IMG/VR virus record: IMGVR_UViG_3300037384_000074
Span: 84,112 to 136,484 of that record
DNA: 52,373 bases
Strand: one strand, 5' to 3'
DNA from: a virus
Taxonomy: Duplodnaviria; Heunggongvirae; Uroviricota; Caudoviricetes
Position 1 is the first letter of the stretch. Every line of letters starts with the position of its first letter. This document shows positions 17,675 through 25,868 of the stretch, piece by piece. The notes under the pieces were generated by a model, which saw only the letters and a list, made by a program, of their open reading frames with translations, had not been told where the DNA came from and ran no database searches. Made by a program: the position numbers and the translations under genes.

Positions 17675-18481
17675 ATGTTCACGCCGAAGCTTTTCATCTC
17701 TGTGGGTGCGACTGGCGCAATGTTCACCCTTCGCGAAACATATCTCCACGAAGTACACACTGAGGTTCGATCGTTTCATCATTACAACCTTGGTCAAGAT
17801 CCTGACGAAGCGTTTGTGAAGGCGCAGGAAGCTTCTGAACGCATGGGTCTTGAGCTCAAGACGACTCGTGAAAACCTGACTCAGGAACTTCGTGATATCA
17901 AGCGCACGAACGCTGAAGAAATGGAAAAACGGCGCCAGGCGCAGCTCATCCTAGACGCTCAGTGGGAAGCTGAGCGTCTCGAGCGCCGGTTGATGCAGAT
18001 CGACATGGTCGATCTCGATGGCGTGTTCGCGAATGGTCCGTATATTGGCACTAAGATTGTGGATTGCAATGACAAGGCGTATCTCAACTGGATCGTCAAG
18101 ACGAAGGCGAAGTTCGAGCAGGGATCGCTGATGCAGCACACTGCACTCAAGATCGAAGAGCTGATCGCTCAAGGTAAAATCGAACTTCTTCCGGAAGGTG
18201 ATCCTGAGCGATATTTTGGTGCTGAGGGTCAGCGTTTTGAAGCTGTAGTGACGGTCACTTTCGTGACTTCCTTCCAGCGTCAGGGCTACGGATCGTACGA
18301 CTCAAGCACTGCTTACGTCGTCAACATGGTCACTAGCACCGGCGAGACGTTGGTATCGATCTCTGATCGATTCAAGGCGAAGGTTGGTGATAAGATCAAG
18401 ATCAAGGGCACTGTGAAGAGCCATGACCAATATAAGGGTAAGGCTCAGACGAAGGTGCAACGGATTAAAGTCCTTAACTAG
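17675..18481 (+). CDS. Early protein with C-terminal OB-fold-like domain
   Basis: TTGACC-N17-TAATAT promoter, same ATCAACTGAGGGAG leader; KVGDKIKIKGTVKSH..YKG..QTK motif. Confidence 0.65.
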   Translation: MFTPKLFISVGATGAMFTLRETYLHEVHTEVRSFHHYNLGQDPDEAFVKAQEASERMGLELKTTRENLTQELRDIKRTNAEEMEKRRQAQLILDAQWEAERLERRLMQIDMVDLDGVFANGPYIGTKIVDCNDKAYLNWIVKTKAKFEQGSLMQHTALKIEELIAQGKIELLPEGDPERYFGAEGQRFEAVVTVTFVTSFQRQGYGSYDSSTAYVVNMVTSTGETLVSISDRFKAKVGDKIKIKGTVKSHDQYKGKAQTKVQRIKVLN

Positions 18482-18498
18482 CAGAGGGAGAGATTCTG

Positions 18499-18672
18499 AT
18501 GAAAGATGCCCAGAAGAAGTTGGCCGATCTCAGCTATAATGAGTTGATAGATCGAGTGACGATCAAGTCCCTGGAATCAATTGTCAGCGGTACGCCGCTG
18601 AAGGACATTCAGCAACTAACAATCGATCTCACGATTGCGTGGCTTCGTGAGAAGGGCAAGCTAAAGGGATAA
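18499..18672 (+). CDS. Small hypothetical protein (missed by track)
   Basis: SD GAGGGAG; 57-aa ORF whose TAA overlaps the next late promoter. Confidence 0.45.
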   Translation: MKDAQKKLADLSYNELIDRVTIKSLESIVSGTPLKDIQQLTIDLTIAWLREKGKLKG

Positions 18673-18679
18673 ATACTCG

Positions 18680-19210
18680 ATGTTATCCTTTAAAGAATAT
18701 ACCAAGCTCCATGGAATGAAGAATTATTTGTTTCATGGAACAACCGCAGAAAATATGAATAGGATTCTTAAAGAAAACGCCATGCGAGGCTCTACTGCTC
18801 GTGGGTTTGGAAGTTCTGTAAGGGTCGACAAGCCATCAATTTTCTTTTCTCGTTCGCATCGAATGGCGCTTTGGTTTATTCGTGATTTTCGCTATGAACG
18901 TCATCCCGTGATACTCACTCTCGATCGAACGCTGCTCGCTCAAAAATACTCGATTATGCCAGTTCAAAACAATTTACGTCGTGACAACGATCCAGATTTT
19001 GATCGAAACGGTGCACGTGCTGGGCACCGTGGGATACTCGAAGAAGAGGTTATTATCGGGGATATCACCAACATCTCCAAATATATTGTAGCAATTGACG
19101 CCGTTTACGACCAGACATACGAGCAGATTACTCGGACCAAATCCAAATACACTTACATTAAAAAGAGTGGCAAATTTAGGTTAAACGAAAGGGCGCTAGA
19201 TCTGATCTAG
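18680..19210 (+). CDS. ADP-ribosyltransferase-fold-like protein with capsid-targeting-like N-terminus
   Basis: ATAAATA-CTCG-ATG; MLSFKEY; YLFHGTT, IFFSRS, EEEV motif order. Confidence 0.55.
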   Translation: MLSFKEYTKLHGMKNYLFHGTTAENMNRILKENAMRGSTARGFGSSVRVDKPSIFFSRSHRMALWFIRDFRYERHPVILTLDRTLLAQKYSIMPVQNNLRRDNDPDFDRNGARAGHRGILEEEVIIGDITNISKYIVAIDAVYDQTYEQITRTKSKYTYIKKSGKFRLNERALDLI

Positions 19211-19221
19211 CGCCCTTTCGT
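19185..19221. terminator. 18-bp inverted repeat, bidirectional terminator at convergence
   Basis: ACGAAAGGGCGCTAGATC-T-GATCTAGCGCCCTTTCGT. Confidence 0.8.
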
Positions 19222-19236
19222 GGCTGGGGTGGAAGA

Positions 19237-19310
19237 TGGTCCTGGCCCATAGAGTCGAACTATGATCACCCGATCCACAGTCGGGCGCTCTACCATTGAG
19301 CTAAACCAGG
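19237..19310 (-). tRNA. tRNA-His(GUG), A73/no G-1 type
   Basis: CCCGA-CTGTGGA-TCGGG anticodon arm; discriminator A; base -1 is A. Confidence 0.9.
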
Positions 19311-19317
19311 TAAAAAG

Positions 19318-19396
19318 TGGAAGTTGGGTGTAGTGACGTATATACCCACATTCTCTTTCGAGTACTGCTCACTCATCCTTTCGGTAGAGTGCTTCC
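19318..19396 (-). ncRNA. 79-nt structured non-tRNA RNA inside tRNA array
   Basis: GGAAG/CTTCC closing stem + A, two GAAA tetraloop hairpins and a TGGGT/ACCCA stem. Confidence 0.5.
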
Positions 19397-19401
19397 GTGT
19401 T

Positions 19402-19476
19402 TGGTGCCCCAGTAACGACTTGAACGCTCTTCTGTAGCTTACAAAACTACTGCATCACCATAAATGCTTCAAGGGC
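19402..19476 (-). tRNA. tRNA-Thr(UGU), somewhat degenerate
   Basis: GTAGT-TTTGTAA-GCTAC arm, TTCAAGT loop, CCA; mismatches in acceptor and T stems. Confidence 0.75.
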
Positions 19477-20146
19477 TTAGGCACTTCATTTTCATCGTTC
19501 GGCCTTTATGCCATCCTTCTGGAATGGTTTGACCCTTAAGTACTTTAGCATTTCGTAGACCATCTGTTATCCAAAATGAACCGTAATGAGGGTTGTTGTT
19601 TTTATCAGATAGTCTTATTCGTTGCGTTTGGGAAAGCTTTTTATAATCTTCAGGAGAACGTCGTCCTCCTTTTCCTTTACCATGGTTACCCATGCCGAAC
19701 TTCTTTTGATTCGTTTCTCGAGTACGTTTGGCAATATCGGCTTTCCTTTTAGGGTCTTTCCACACTGAAGCCATAGATTGGCTTACCTTCTTCCGATTGT
19801 CACCCATATCTAGAAAATTTCTAAGGTTGTTATTACCTAAACCTTCTCGATTAATATAACTGAATCCACCATGTCCGCCAACACAAAGATTATAGGTATC
19901 TTTGCGAAGACAGAACTCCTCTGTTACTAGTTCTTTTTCGCGCCGATTGAGAGCTTCCTCAGTATCAAACCACTCAAGGATCTTTATTTTGAAATTTTCA
20001 GTTCCATACTTTGCAATGGCTCGTTTCAGGTGCTTACCTGATCCCATATAACCGTCGTTCAGTTTCTTAGTCTTGTGTTTGCCGATGTAAATCTTGCCAT
20101 TCACAATATTGGTCGTCTGGTAAATATAAAAGAAGTAGGTCGTCAT
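19469..20146 (-). CDS. GIY-YIG homing endonuclease (Seg-like) in tRNA cluster
   Basis: YIYQTTNIVNGKIYIGKH, YMGSG..LKRAI.KYG..NF, YNL..GG.GG, WITDG...EGW.KGR. Confidence 0.93.
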   Translation of the reverse strand: MTTYFFYIYQTTNIVNGKIYIGKHKTKKLNDGYMGSGKHLKRAIAKYGTENFKIKILEWFDTEEALNRREKELVTEEFCLRKDTYNLCVGGHGGFSYINREGLGNNNLRNFLDMGDNRKKVSQSMASVWKDPKRKADIAKRTRETNQKKFGMGNHGKGKGGRRSPEDYKKLSQTQRIRLSDKNNNPHYGSFWITDGLRNAKVLKGQTIPEGWHKGRTMKMKCLSP

Positions 20147-20198
20147 CGCAAATAGTCTTATCCCTTTCGGAGCTATTTATGCGATAACGACCAGCATG

Positions 20199-20269
20199 CA
20201 GGAGCTCAGAGGATCGAACTCTGGCTAACGGAGTTGGAAGCCGTTGTGCTACCTCTACACCAAACTCCT
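20199..20269 (-). tRNA. tRNA-Trp(CCA)
   Basis: AGGAGTT/AGCTCCT acceptor, TTCCAAC loop, CCA not encoded. Confidence 0.8.
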
Positions 20270-20276
20270 GTAGTAA

Positions 20277-20352
20277 TGGTCTGGATGGCTGGACTTGAAC
20301 CAGCGACCTCAAGCTTCCAAAGCCCGCGCGCTACCAACTGCGCTACACCCAG
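20277..20352 (-). tRNA. tRNA-Pro(UGG)
   Basis: CTGGGTG/CATCCAG acceptor, TTTGGAA loop, CCA. Confidence 0.92.
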
Positions 20353-20372
20353 TAATTCGTTAGTTATTTATC

Positions 20373-20819
20373 TCAATATTCCCAGACAATGTCAACAGGA
20401 AGCTTCGCCTTACGAAGAAACATGAAGATTGACAGCTCGTCATAATCGCCCGATTCAACCTGATCCTTGGTGTATGACTCTGCATCTTCTATAGTGAAGA
20501 ACTTCGCTAGCAAATCGTCGTTAACAGGGTCAACTACAAGAAAACTGACATTGCCTGACGCGGTGTTGGAAACAACGTTCTTAGCATCCTCAGCGATTGC
20601 TGGTACAAAGTACATTGCCTTGTTACCTAATGTACCGCCAACAAGTTCGGTATAATTCGCGTCTGTGTAAAGACTGATTAGCTGTCCGGAAACACCACGT
20701 GAGACATTCCCAACGTAATAACTGCGGTTATTTTTAATACTATAAAAAGTCTTCCCAGGTGCAACCTTTACCCAGTCGCCCACATTAAATTTAGTATCAT
20801 AATTCATGTTTAGTTCCAA
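20373..20819 (-). CDS. Hypothetical protein
   Basis: ORF in minus-strand run. Confidence 0.55.
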   Translation of the reverse strand: MELNMNYDTKFNVGDWVKVAPGKTFYSIKNNRSYYVGNVSRGVSGQLISLYTDANYTELVGGTLGNKAMYFVPAIAEDAKNVVSNTASGNVSFLVVDPVNDDLLAKFFTIEDAESYTKDQVESGDYDELSIFMFLRKAKLPVDIVWEY

Positions 20820-21118
20820 TCTATTTCGTCATATTTGCGGTAAGTGCGAGCTTCGGCATCATCCCAAAGCAATTCGCCGCTTTTTACAAGATTATAGGGT
20901 TGAGCAATGAACCGTATACCATCGATAAACGATGAAATACTGGTAATTTGGGCCTTTCGGCCCTGATATTTGCCTCTTAGAATCGTGACGTCACGTCCTA
21001 TTAAGCCTTTGACTTTGGAGAGAGCATATTGCTGGTGTGCAGCGACATACTCACTCCATTCTTTCGGACCACCAAAAATCATATCGCCTGGTGGTCTATA
21101 TGAATTTTTCACTGCCAC
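20810..21118 (-). CDS. Hypothetical protein (KOW/SH3-like)
   Basis: IGRDVTILRGKYQGRKAQI resembles KOW motif. Confidence 0.5.
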   Translation of the reverse strand: MAVKNSYRPPGDMIFGGPKEWSEYVAAHQQYALSKVKGLIGRDVTILRGKYQGRKAQITSISSFIDGIRFIAQPYNLVKSGELLWDDAEARTYRKYDEIDWN

Positions 21119-21120
21119 GT

Positions 21121-21315
21121 TTAGACTACAACTTCGTTAAGGACGTCGATACGATATACATTCGCCGCAAGAAATAGTGAAAAATTTTCTGTTACACTAT
21201 TATCATCGTATAGTCGCACGTAAATCGAACCAATGTCCAAATCTGGATCTAGCCATCCATTTTCTGTTACGGTGATACCGGCATGAATAGATGTGACAAT
21301 TACGAAATTCATCAA
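21121..21315 (-). CDS. Hypothetical protein
   Basis: Coupled ORF. Confidence 0.45.
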   Translation of the reverse strand: MMNFVIVTSIHAGITVTENGWLDPDLDIGSIYVRLYDDNSVTENFSLFLAANVYRIDVLNEVVV

Positions 21316-21590
21316 CTAAGCATCCCAAGAGAACGCATGTATAATTCGACGATTGCTTCGTGCTCAGCACGCTGGTCAGCATCTTCCTTGCGCATCTTTA
21401 GAATCGCCCGCAATGCTTTAGGGCAGAACCCAGTACCCTTAGCTTCCGCAAAAACATCCTTGATATCGTCAGCAATCGTCTTCTTTTCTTCTTCTAATTT
21501 TTCTACTCTTTCTACAAACGACTTAAGTTGCTCTTTAGCAAACCCAGCCGCTGCGTCAGATAGAGGCTTGTCGTTAGGGATATCAGACAT
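21312..21590 (-). CDS. gapR: GapR/DUF2312 (UPF0335) nucleoid-associated protein homologue
   Basis: EQLKSFVERVEKLEEEKKTIADDIKDVFAEAKGTGF..KALR.ILKMRK. Confidence 0.92.
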   Translation of the reverse strand: MSDIPNDKPLSDAAAGFAKEQLKSFVERVEKLEEEKKTIADDIKDVFAEAKGTGFCPKALRAILKMRKEDADQRAEHEAIVELYMRSLGMLS

Positions 21591-21686
21591 TATTTCCTCA
21601 ATAAATTAGGTTGAAAATTCGTTCGGCCAATGCTAGCCAAACTGTACCAGAAATTGACATTGTGTCAATATAAAATGCACTATTGA

Positions 21687-22187
21687 TCATATTGTGTTAA
21701 ACCTCAACAGAACTCTTGCTACTGGAAAGACACATTCCATAAATTCTGCAACGTCTCTCGGTGAACAATAGTCCAAATTATCTGTGACTACTAGATCAAG
21801 ATTATATCCTCGAAGTCCACGAAAAGACTGAATACCAAAGATTGGAAACATCGGCTGCTTATGATGAGCAATAATTGGTTTAATATATCTGACGTCATCC
21901 TGACGTCTTACAACCATTGCCACAGAATATCCGTGGTAGGTTAGAAATCCACAGACGCGCACGAGTGCAGTTGTACACCCAGATTGACGCATGAGGTGGT
22001 AGTTCTTGACATCCTTATGAGTTAGGTTAGCATATTGGGCGTACCACTCGCGTAGGATAGAAATTTCTAGTTCAATATTGTCAGATTTAATATAGTCTCT
22101 AAACGTATTGATTACATCGTCCATACGTTTGAACTCAGTTTTTGGTCCTAGTTGCAAACTCGATTCCTCGTTCTCTAAACAGTTCAA
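21687..22187 (-). CDS. Degenerate P-loop/terminase-like ATPase fragment
   Basis: MRQSGCTT Walker-A-like and LVVTDN Walker-B-like. Confidence 0.4.
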   Translation of the reverse strand: MNCLENEESSLQLGPKTEFKRMDDVINTFRDYIKSDNIELEISILREWYAQYANLTHKDVKNYHLMRQSGCTTALVRVCGFLTYHGYSVAMVVRRQDDVRYIKPIIAHHKQPMFPIFGIQSFRGLRGYNLDLVVTDNLDYCSPRDVAEFMECVFPVARVLLRFNTI

Positions 22188-22725
22188 TTATTTGAGTAAA
22201 ATGAACAGGATAATAATCTGTTTCTTCCACGGATATATTCAAATACTTTGGATTATCAATTTGACCCTTGTGAATATGACCGTGACAACAAGCCAGCATT
22301 CTAGTATCGTCACTAGAAATATACAAGGGATAATGTGAAAATATTAGCCCATAAATGGGTCGCCACGATACCAACACTTTCTGGAAGTGTTTCTCATAGA
22401 AACGCATCTTGAAACCATCATGATTGCCAAGTATCAGTCTCTTTCTACCATTGAAACGAGGTAATAGTTCATCCAGTACATTTTGGTTAAACCCAACGTC
22501 GCCTAGAAAATACACTTTGGCGTTTGAAGGCACTAAAGAATTATGACGAGAGATCATGAGCTCGTTCATTTCTTTAGTTGAACCAAATCCAGGTCGCAAC
22601 GGTACGTCGTTGTCATCCTTAAATTTAAGGATGTTATGATGTTCCAGATGATGATCTGATGCAAACCACACATCTGGAACACCATTTATTACCTTCGTCG
22701 GATCATACTTAGGCCATTCAATCAT
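22135..22725 (-). CDS. Calcineurin-like phosphoesterase
   Basis: WFASDHH, YFLGDV, LILGNHD, FSHYP, CHGHIH, NISVE; ATG 22725 overlaps upstream stop. Confidence 0.9.
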   Translation of the reverse strand: MIEWPKYDPTKVINGVPDVWFASDHHLEHHNILKFKDDNDVPLRPGFGSTKEMNELMISRHNSLVPSNAKVYFLGDVGFNQNVLDELLPRFNGRKRLILGNHDGFKMRFYEKHFQKVLVSWRPIYGLIFSHYPLYISSDDTRMLACCHGHIHKGQIDNPKYLNISVEETDYYPVHFTQIIELFRERGIEFATRTKN

Positions 22726-23071
22726 AAGGTGCCCAGTCGTTGTCGTTACCGTACTGATAATTGTTACCGGCACGATTTTTGGCGCAATATGTGTTGTACT
22801 TTCCGTCCGGAGACTCGAAGATAAACATCATATCGTCATCACCAAGATTGGGGTAAGAAATGCGAAATGATTTCGACTTCGCCCCAAAAACAGATCGGAT
22901 ATGTCCGATTTCGTCCTTGACGCAGGCACCCATTTTACCGTACTGTTTTACGACACGATTGATCTCACTTTTATCCATTGCGCTCAGAGGAACAGTGTCC
23001 GCTGAAGCAGCACTGAAACTGGACAACACAATTGCTCCAATCAAAATCGGATAGAATAGAACTTTACGCAT
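22718..23071 (-). CDS. Exported/membrane-anchored hypothetical protein
   Basis: Signal-peptide-like MRKVLFYPILIGAIVLSSFSAASA. Confidence 0.55.
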   Translation of the reverse strand: MRKVLFYPILIGAIVLSSFSAASADTVPLSAMDKSEINRVVKQYGKMGACVKDEIGHIRSVFGAKSKSFRISYPNLGDDDMMFIFESPDGKYNTYCAKNRAGNNYQYGNDNDWAPYD

Positions 23072-23072
23072 T

Positions 23073-23552
23073 TCAATCTCCTGTTGTAGGATACCTAACG
23101 AGGTTATCCGGAGATATATTATCCGTCATTTCTTTCGAAGCAGCAACAAATCTGATCGTGCATCCGCTTATATTGATTTCATCATTCGGCTTGACATATT
23201 CGTCCATAAGGACGCGAAACGCGTCTCCGGTTTCATTGTCAATTAATAGGAGCTTGACTCCTCGTCCGAAAAGCTGAGCGTGAATCAATAATTCGATTAC
23301 TGGATAATGAATATCGATCCTGCGCTGCTGACGTGGATACGTCTTATAAGGATCTACTCGAGGTTTAGCTGGTGCCGGAGCAAAATTGCCGGTCTTGTTC
23401 TCTATACGACTTAGGAGATCATCATACTCTCGCTGCATCTCTTGAAAGACCTCAGTGTTACCTCCGAGGTCTGGATGAAGCTGCTTTGCTAGCACTTTAT
23501 GTTGTGCTTTGAGATGGTCGATCGTCAGATTATACAGTACGAAGAAAGCCAT
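23073..23552 (-). CDS. J-domain (DnaJ-like) protein
   Basis: LKAQHKVLAKQLHPDLGGNTEVFQEMQREYD with HPD. Confidence 0.8.
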   Translation of the reverse strand: MAFFVLYNLTIDHLKAQHKVLAKQLHPDLGGNTEVFQEMQREYDDLLSRIENKTGNFAPAPAKPRVDPYKTYPRQQRRIDIHYPVIELLIHAQLFGRGVKLLLIDNETGDAFRVLMDEYVKPNDEINISGCTIRFVAASKEMTDNISPDNLVRYPTTGD

Positions 23553-23758
23553 TAGACAGAGGCTTCTTCTCGATTCTCATGATGTCGAGAGCGATTCTCT
23601 CGAGTCGGAGCCGGTTCGTCGTACACGATATTTAGCCGACGAAGAGTTTCCCAGGTCTTGGTCGGCTTCTCGCCGTTAACACCAGTACGGAAAGTTTCAT
23701 TACGACGAGTCTGACGATAGGTGGTTGCTACACGTGCCTTAGACATAAAAATCCTCAA
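23552..23758 (-). CDS. Hypothetical basic protein
   Basis: Coupled ORF. Confidence 0.45.
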   Translation of the reverse strand: MRIFMSKARVATTYRQTRRNETFRTGVNGEKPTKTWETLRRLNIVYDEPAPTRENRSRHHENREEASV

Positions 23759-24014
23759 ATTCTTCTACTATATATACCTTCTTGATGAAAGTATCTGTGT
23801 TATAAATGTGGTGTTTACGATCGTTTGTGATTGTAATTCTACCAGTGAATATCATTGCTGCAAATAAAGCTGCTGAAACTTTGAGCTCTGTCGCGTCTCT
23901 GAAGACAAACTCAAACTGATCTAGTTTCAACTTCCAGTAATCAGCAGCAAGATCGCCAGGCTTGTCAAAGAATTCAACAGTCATGAATTCAGTTTGGACA
24001 ATGAATTTATCCAT
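23739..24014 (-). CDS. Hypothetical protein
   Basis: Coupled ORF. Confidence 0.5.
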   Translation of the reverse strand: MDKFIVQTEFMTVEFFDKPGDLAADYWKLKLDQFEFVFRDATELKVSAALFAAMIFTGRITITNDRKHHIYNTDTFIKKVYIVEEFEDFYV

Positions 24015-24015
24015 A

Positions 24016-24393
24016 TCAGTTGACTTGGATTATGATATCTTGATCTGGATGGTACGCTAGTCGGATCTTGAGACCGAACAGCCTATCCGCATCCTCCTTG
24101 AAATTTCCATCGCGGTCATATTCTCTTGCGACAATTCCAAGAACATCATAAATCAAAATTGTACCTTTCTCTGGAAAGGTAGTATTGAATGCGTTAAAGA
24201 TGTCGCCTTCAATTTTACAGGCTCGAGTTTTTACCTGCAAGTTTGTCTTAGTTCCATCGTTTGTCGTGACCGTAACATTTGTCCAGTTCACCACTTCAAC
24301 GCGAAATCCGTCCCTTTCGAGAAAGGTTTTGAACATGTCGATAAGTTGATAATTACGACCAGGATCAACCCAGTCCATTTTTAGAGATGGCAT
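24016..24393 (-). CDS. Hypothetical protein
   Basis: SD AGGT upstream, follows tRNA-Gly. Confidence 0.55.
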   Translation of the reverse strand: MPSLKMDWVDPGRNYQLIDMFKTFLERDGFRVEVVNWTNVTVTTNDGTKTNLQVKTRACKIEGDIFNAFNTTFPEKGTILIYDVLGIVAREYDRDGNFKEDADRLFGLKIRLAYHPDQDIIIQVN

Positions 24394-24409
24394 TATTTTA
24401 CCTGAAAGT

Positions 24410-24484
24410 TGGAGCGTCCGGTCGGGATCGAACCGACGACATCCTGAGTGGAAATCAGGAACTCTACCGCTGAGCTACGGACGC
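24410..24484 (-). tRNA. tRNA-Gly(UCC)
   Basis: GCGTCCG/CGGACGC acceptor, TTTCCAC loop, U73, CCA. Confidence 0.93.
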
Positions 24485-24485
24485 A

Positions 24486-25163
24486 TTATTTCTTAACAAT
24501 AAATTCTAATGAGCCTAGATTATTGCTGATCCAAACGATTTTGTCAACAGGAATATCACGCTCTAACACTATTCCTTTTGTGTATTTCTCTTTACGTGAG
24601 GTGTCCCATTCTTGGTCATTTTTCAATGTTTCCATAAAATCTTCTGGAAAATTACCATCAGTGACCATTTCTCTGCCACTGTAGATGTTGTAGTATTTGG
24701 GATTAGATCGAGAGCGGACGTATTTATTCTGACGATACTTGATATAGCCAGTTGAAGCAAACTGCTTATATAATGCAGCAATTTCAGTGTCTGTCAGAGG
24801 TTCATTGTAGCGAATCCTGCCTGATCGAGACGCACGACCTGCGAAATATTCTGCCTCCTTTCGTTTCAACGTCCACGAATAAAGGTATTTGCTATCTTGG
24901 TCAAATTCGCCGTCTAACTGGACGCCTCGATACAGTTTAATCGTCTTAGTTTTGAATGAATCCCGAATTGGCTGGAAAGCTCGCTCGATTTCTTGTGCAA
25001 CGGCGTCATTAGCCTTAATATGTCGAACAAGTGGACCATTGTTCCAATTCATACTCTCCCAATCTTCAATAGCGCTTTTAGCCTCATATGAGAGGCTATT
25101 CCACGCCTTTTTAGCCATTCCAACTTGGATTGATTCGGTAATAAATTGAGAGAAAGTTTGCAT
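24486..25163 (-). CDS. ADP-ribosyltransferase-like protein (R-S-E motif order) with capsid-targeting-like N-terminus
   Basis: ATAAATA-ATCG-ATG; MQTFSQFITE; IKLYRG, YSWT...AEYFA, EFIV. Confidence 0.6.
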   Translation of the reverse strand: MQTFSQFITESIQVGMAKKAWNSLSYEAKSAIEDWESMNWNNGPLVRHIKANDAVAQEIERAFQPIRDSFKTKTIKLYRGVQLDGEFDQDSKYLYSWTLKRKEAEYFAGRASRSGRIRYNEPLTDTEIAALYKQFASTGYIKYRQNKYVRSRSNPKYYNIYSGREMVTDGNFPEDFMETLKNDQEWDTSRKEKYTKGIVLERDIPVDKIVWISNNLGSLEFIVKK

Positions 25164-25190
25164 CGATTATTTATGCAAAGCTTCTCACTC

Positions 25191-25475
25191 TCAGGGAAGT
25201 GCAACCTTCGCACCTAACAGGTCAAGCTGAACAAACTTGTCACCTGCCTTACAAAACAGGGGCAGACGATTGATGTTGAAATGGAACTCTTCAGCGTGAG
25301 CCTTCAGGAACTCCTCGATCTTCGCCACATCAGCCTTGCGATCAGTAACAGGAAACCAGCCCGACACGAGAACCTCTCGATGGTCACGACGCTTCCAGGC
25401 CTTATCCATGCGAACAGACACAAAACCGAACGACTTCAGAAGGTTTGTGAGGTCTTCAAGATTACGGTAGCTCAT
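25191..25475 (-). CDS. Hypothetical early protein
   Basis: TTGATA..TAAGAT promoter and ATCAACTGGAGG leader. Confidence 0.65.
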   Translation of the reverse strand: MSYRNLEDLTNLLKSFGFVSVRMDKAWKRRDHREVLVSGWFPVTDRKADVAKIEEFLKAHAEEFHFNINRLPLFCKAGDKFVQLDLLGAKVALP

Positions 25476-25699
25476 GTGAGTTCCTCCAGTTGATGAAGGA
25501 TCTTACCATATTCTCAAAGTTTATCAACAAAAATGTGCGAAGATTGTTATCGGACAACCCCGCAAAACCGGCGATTCCTAGGATCGCACTCTTAACACTT
25601 GGACTCGCTGCACGTCTCGGGAGAGATTTTATCGGCTTTGCCAGCAGCTTTGATATCCAGTCGGCCGAGTTGTCCCGTTGCTCTCAGCCTAGTGTTAAA

Positions 25700-25775
25700 T
25701 GGTCCAGGGAGTTAGAATCGAACTAACCACACCACGATCTTCAATCGCGTGCTCTACCAAATGAGCTATCCCTGG
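25700..25775 (-). tRNA. tRNA-Phe(GAA)
   Basis: CCAGGGA/TCCCTGG acceptor, TTGAAGA loop, CCA. Confidence 0.92.
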
Positions 25776-25790
25776 GTATGCACTAAATTC

Positions 25791-25867
25791 TGGACTCGCA
25801 GGTCGGATTCGAACCGACGTTTCCCTGACTGAAAATCAGGTATCCTGGACCACTAGACGACTGCGAG
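25791..25867 (-). tRNA. tRNA-Glu(UUC)
   Basis: CTCGCAG/CTGCGAG acceptor, TTTTCAG loop, CCA. Confidence 0.9.
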
Positions 25868-25868
25868 G

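Noticed and set aside
19318-19396. Hammerhead/twister ribozyme
   Set aside because: CUGAUGA core and twister consensus absent; kept only as an unassigned structured RNA
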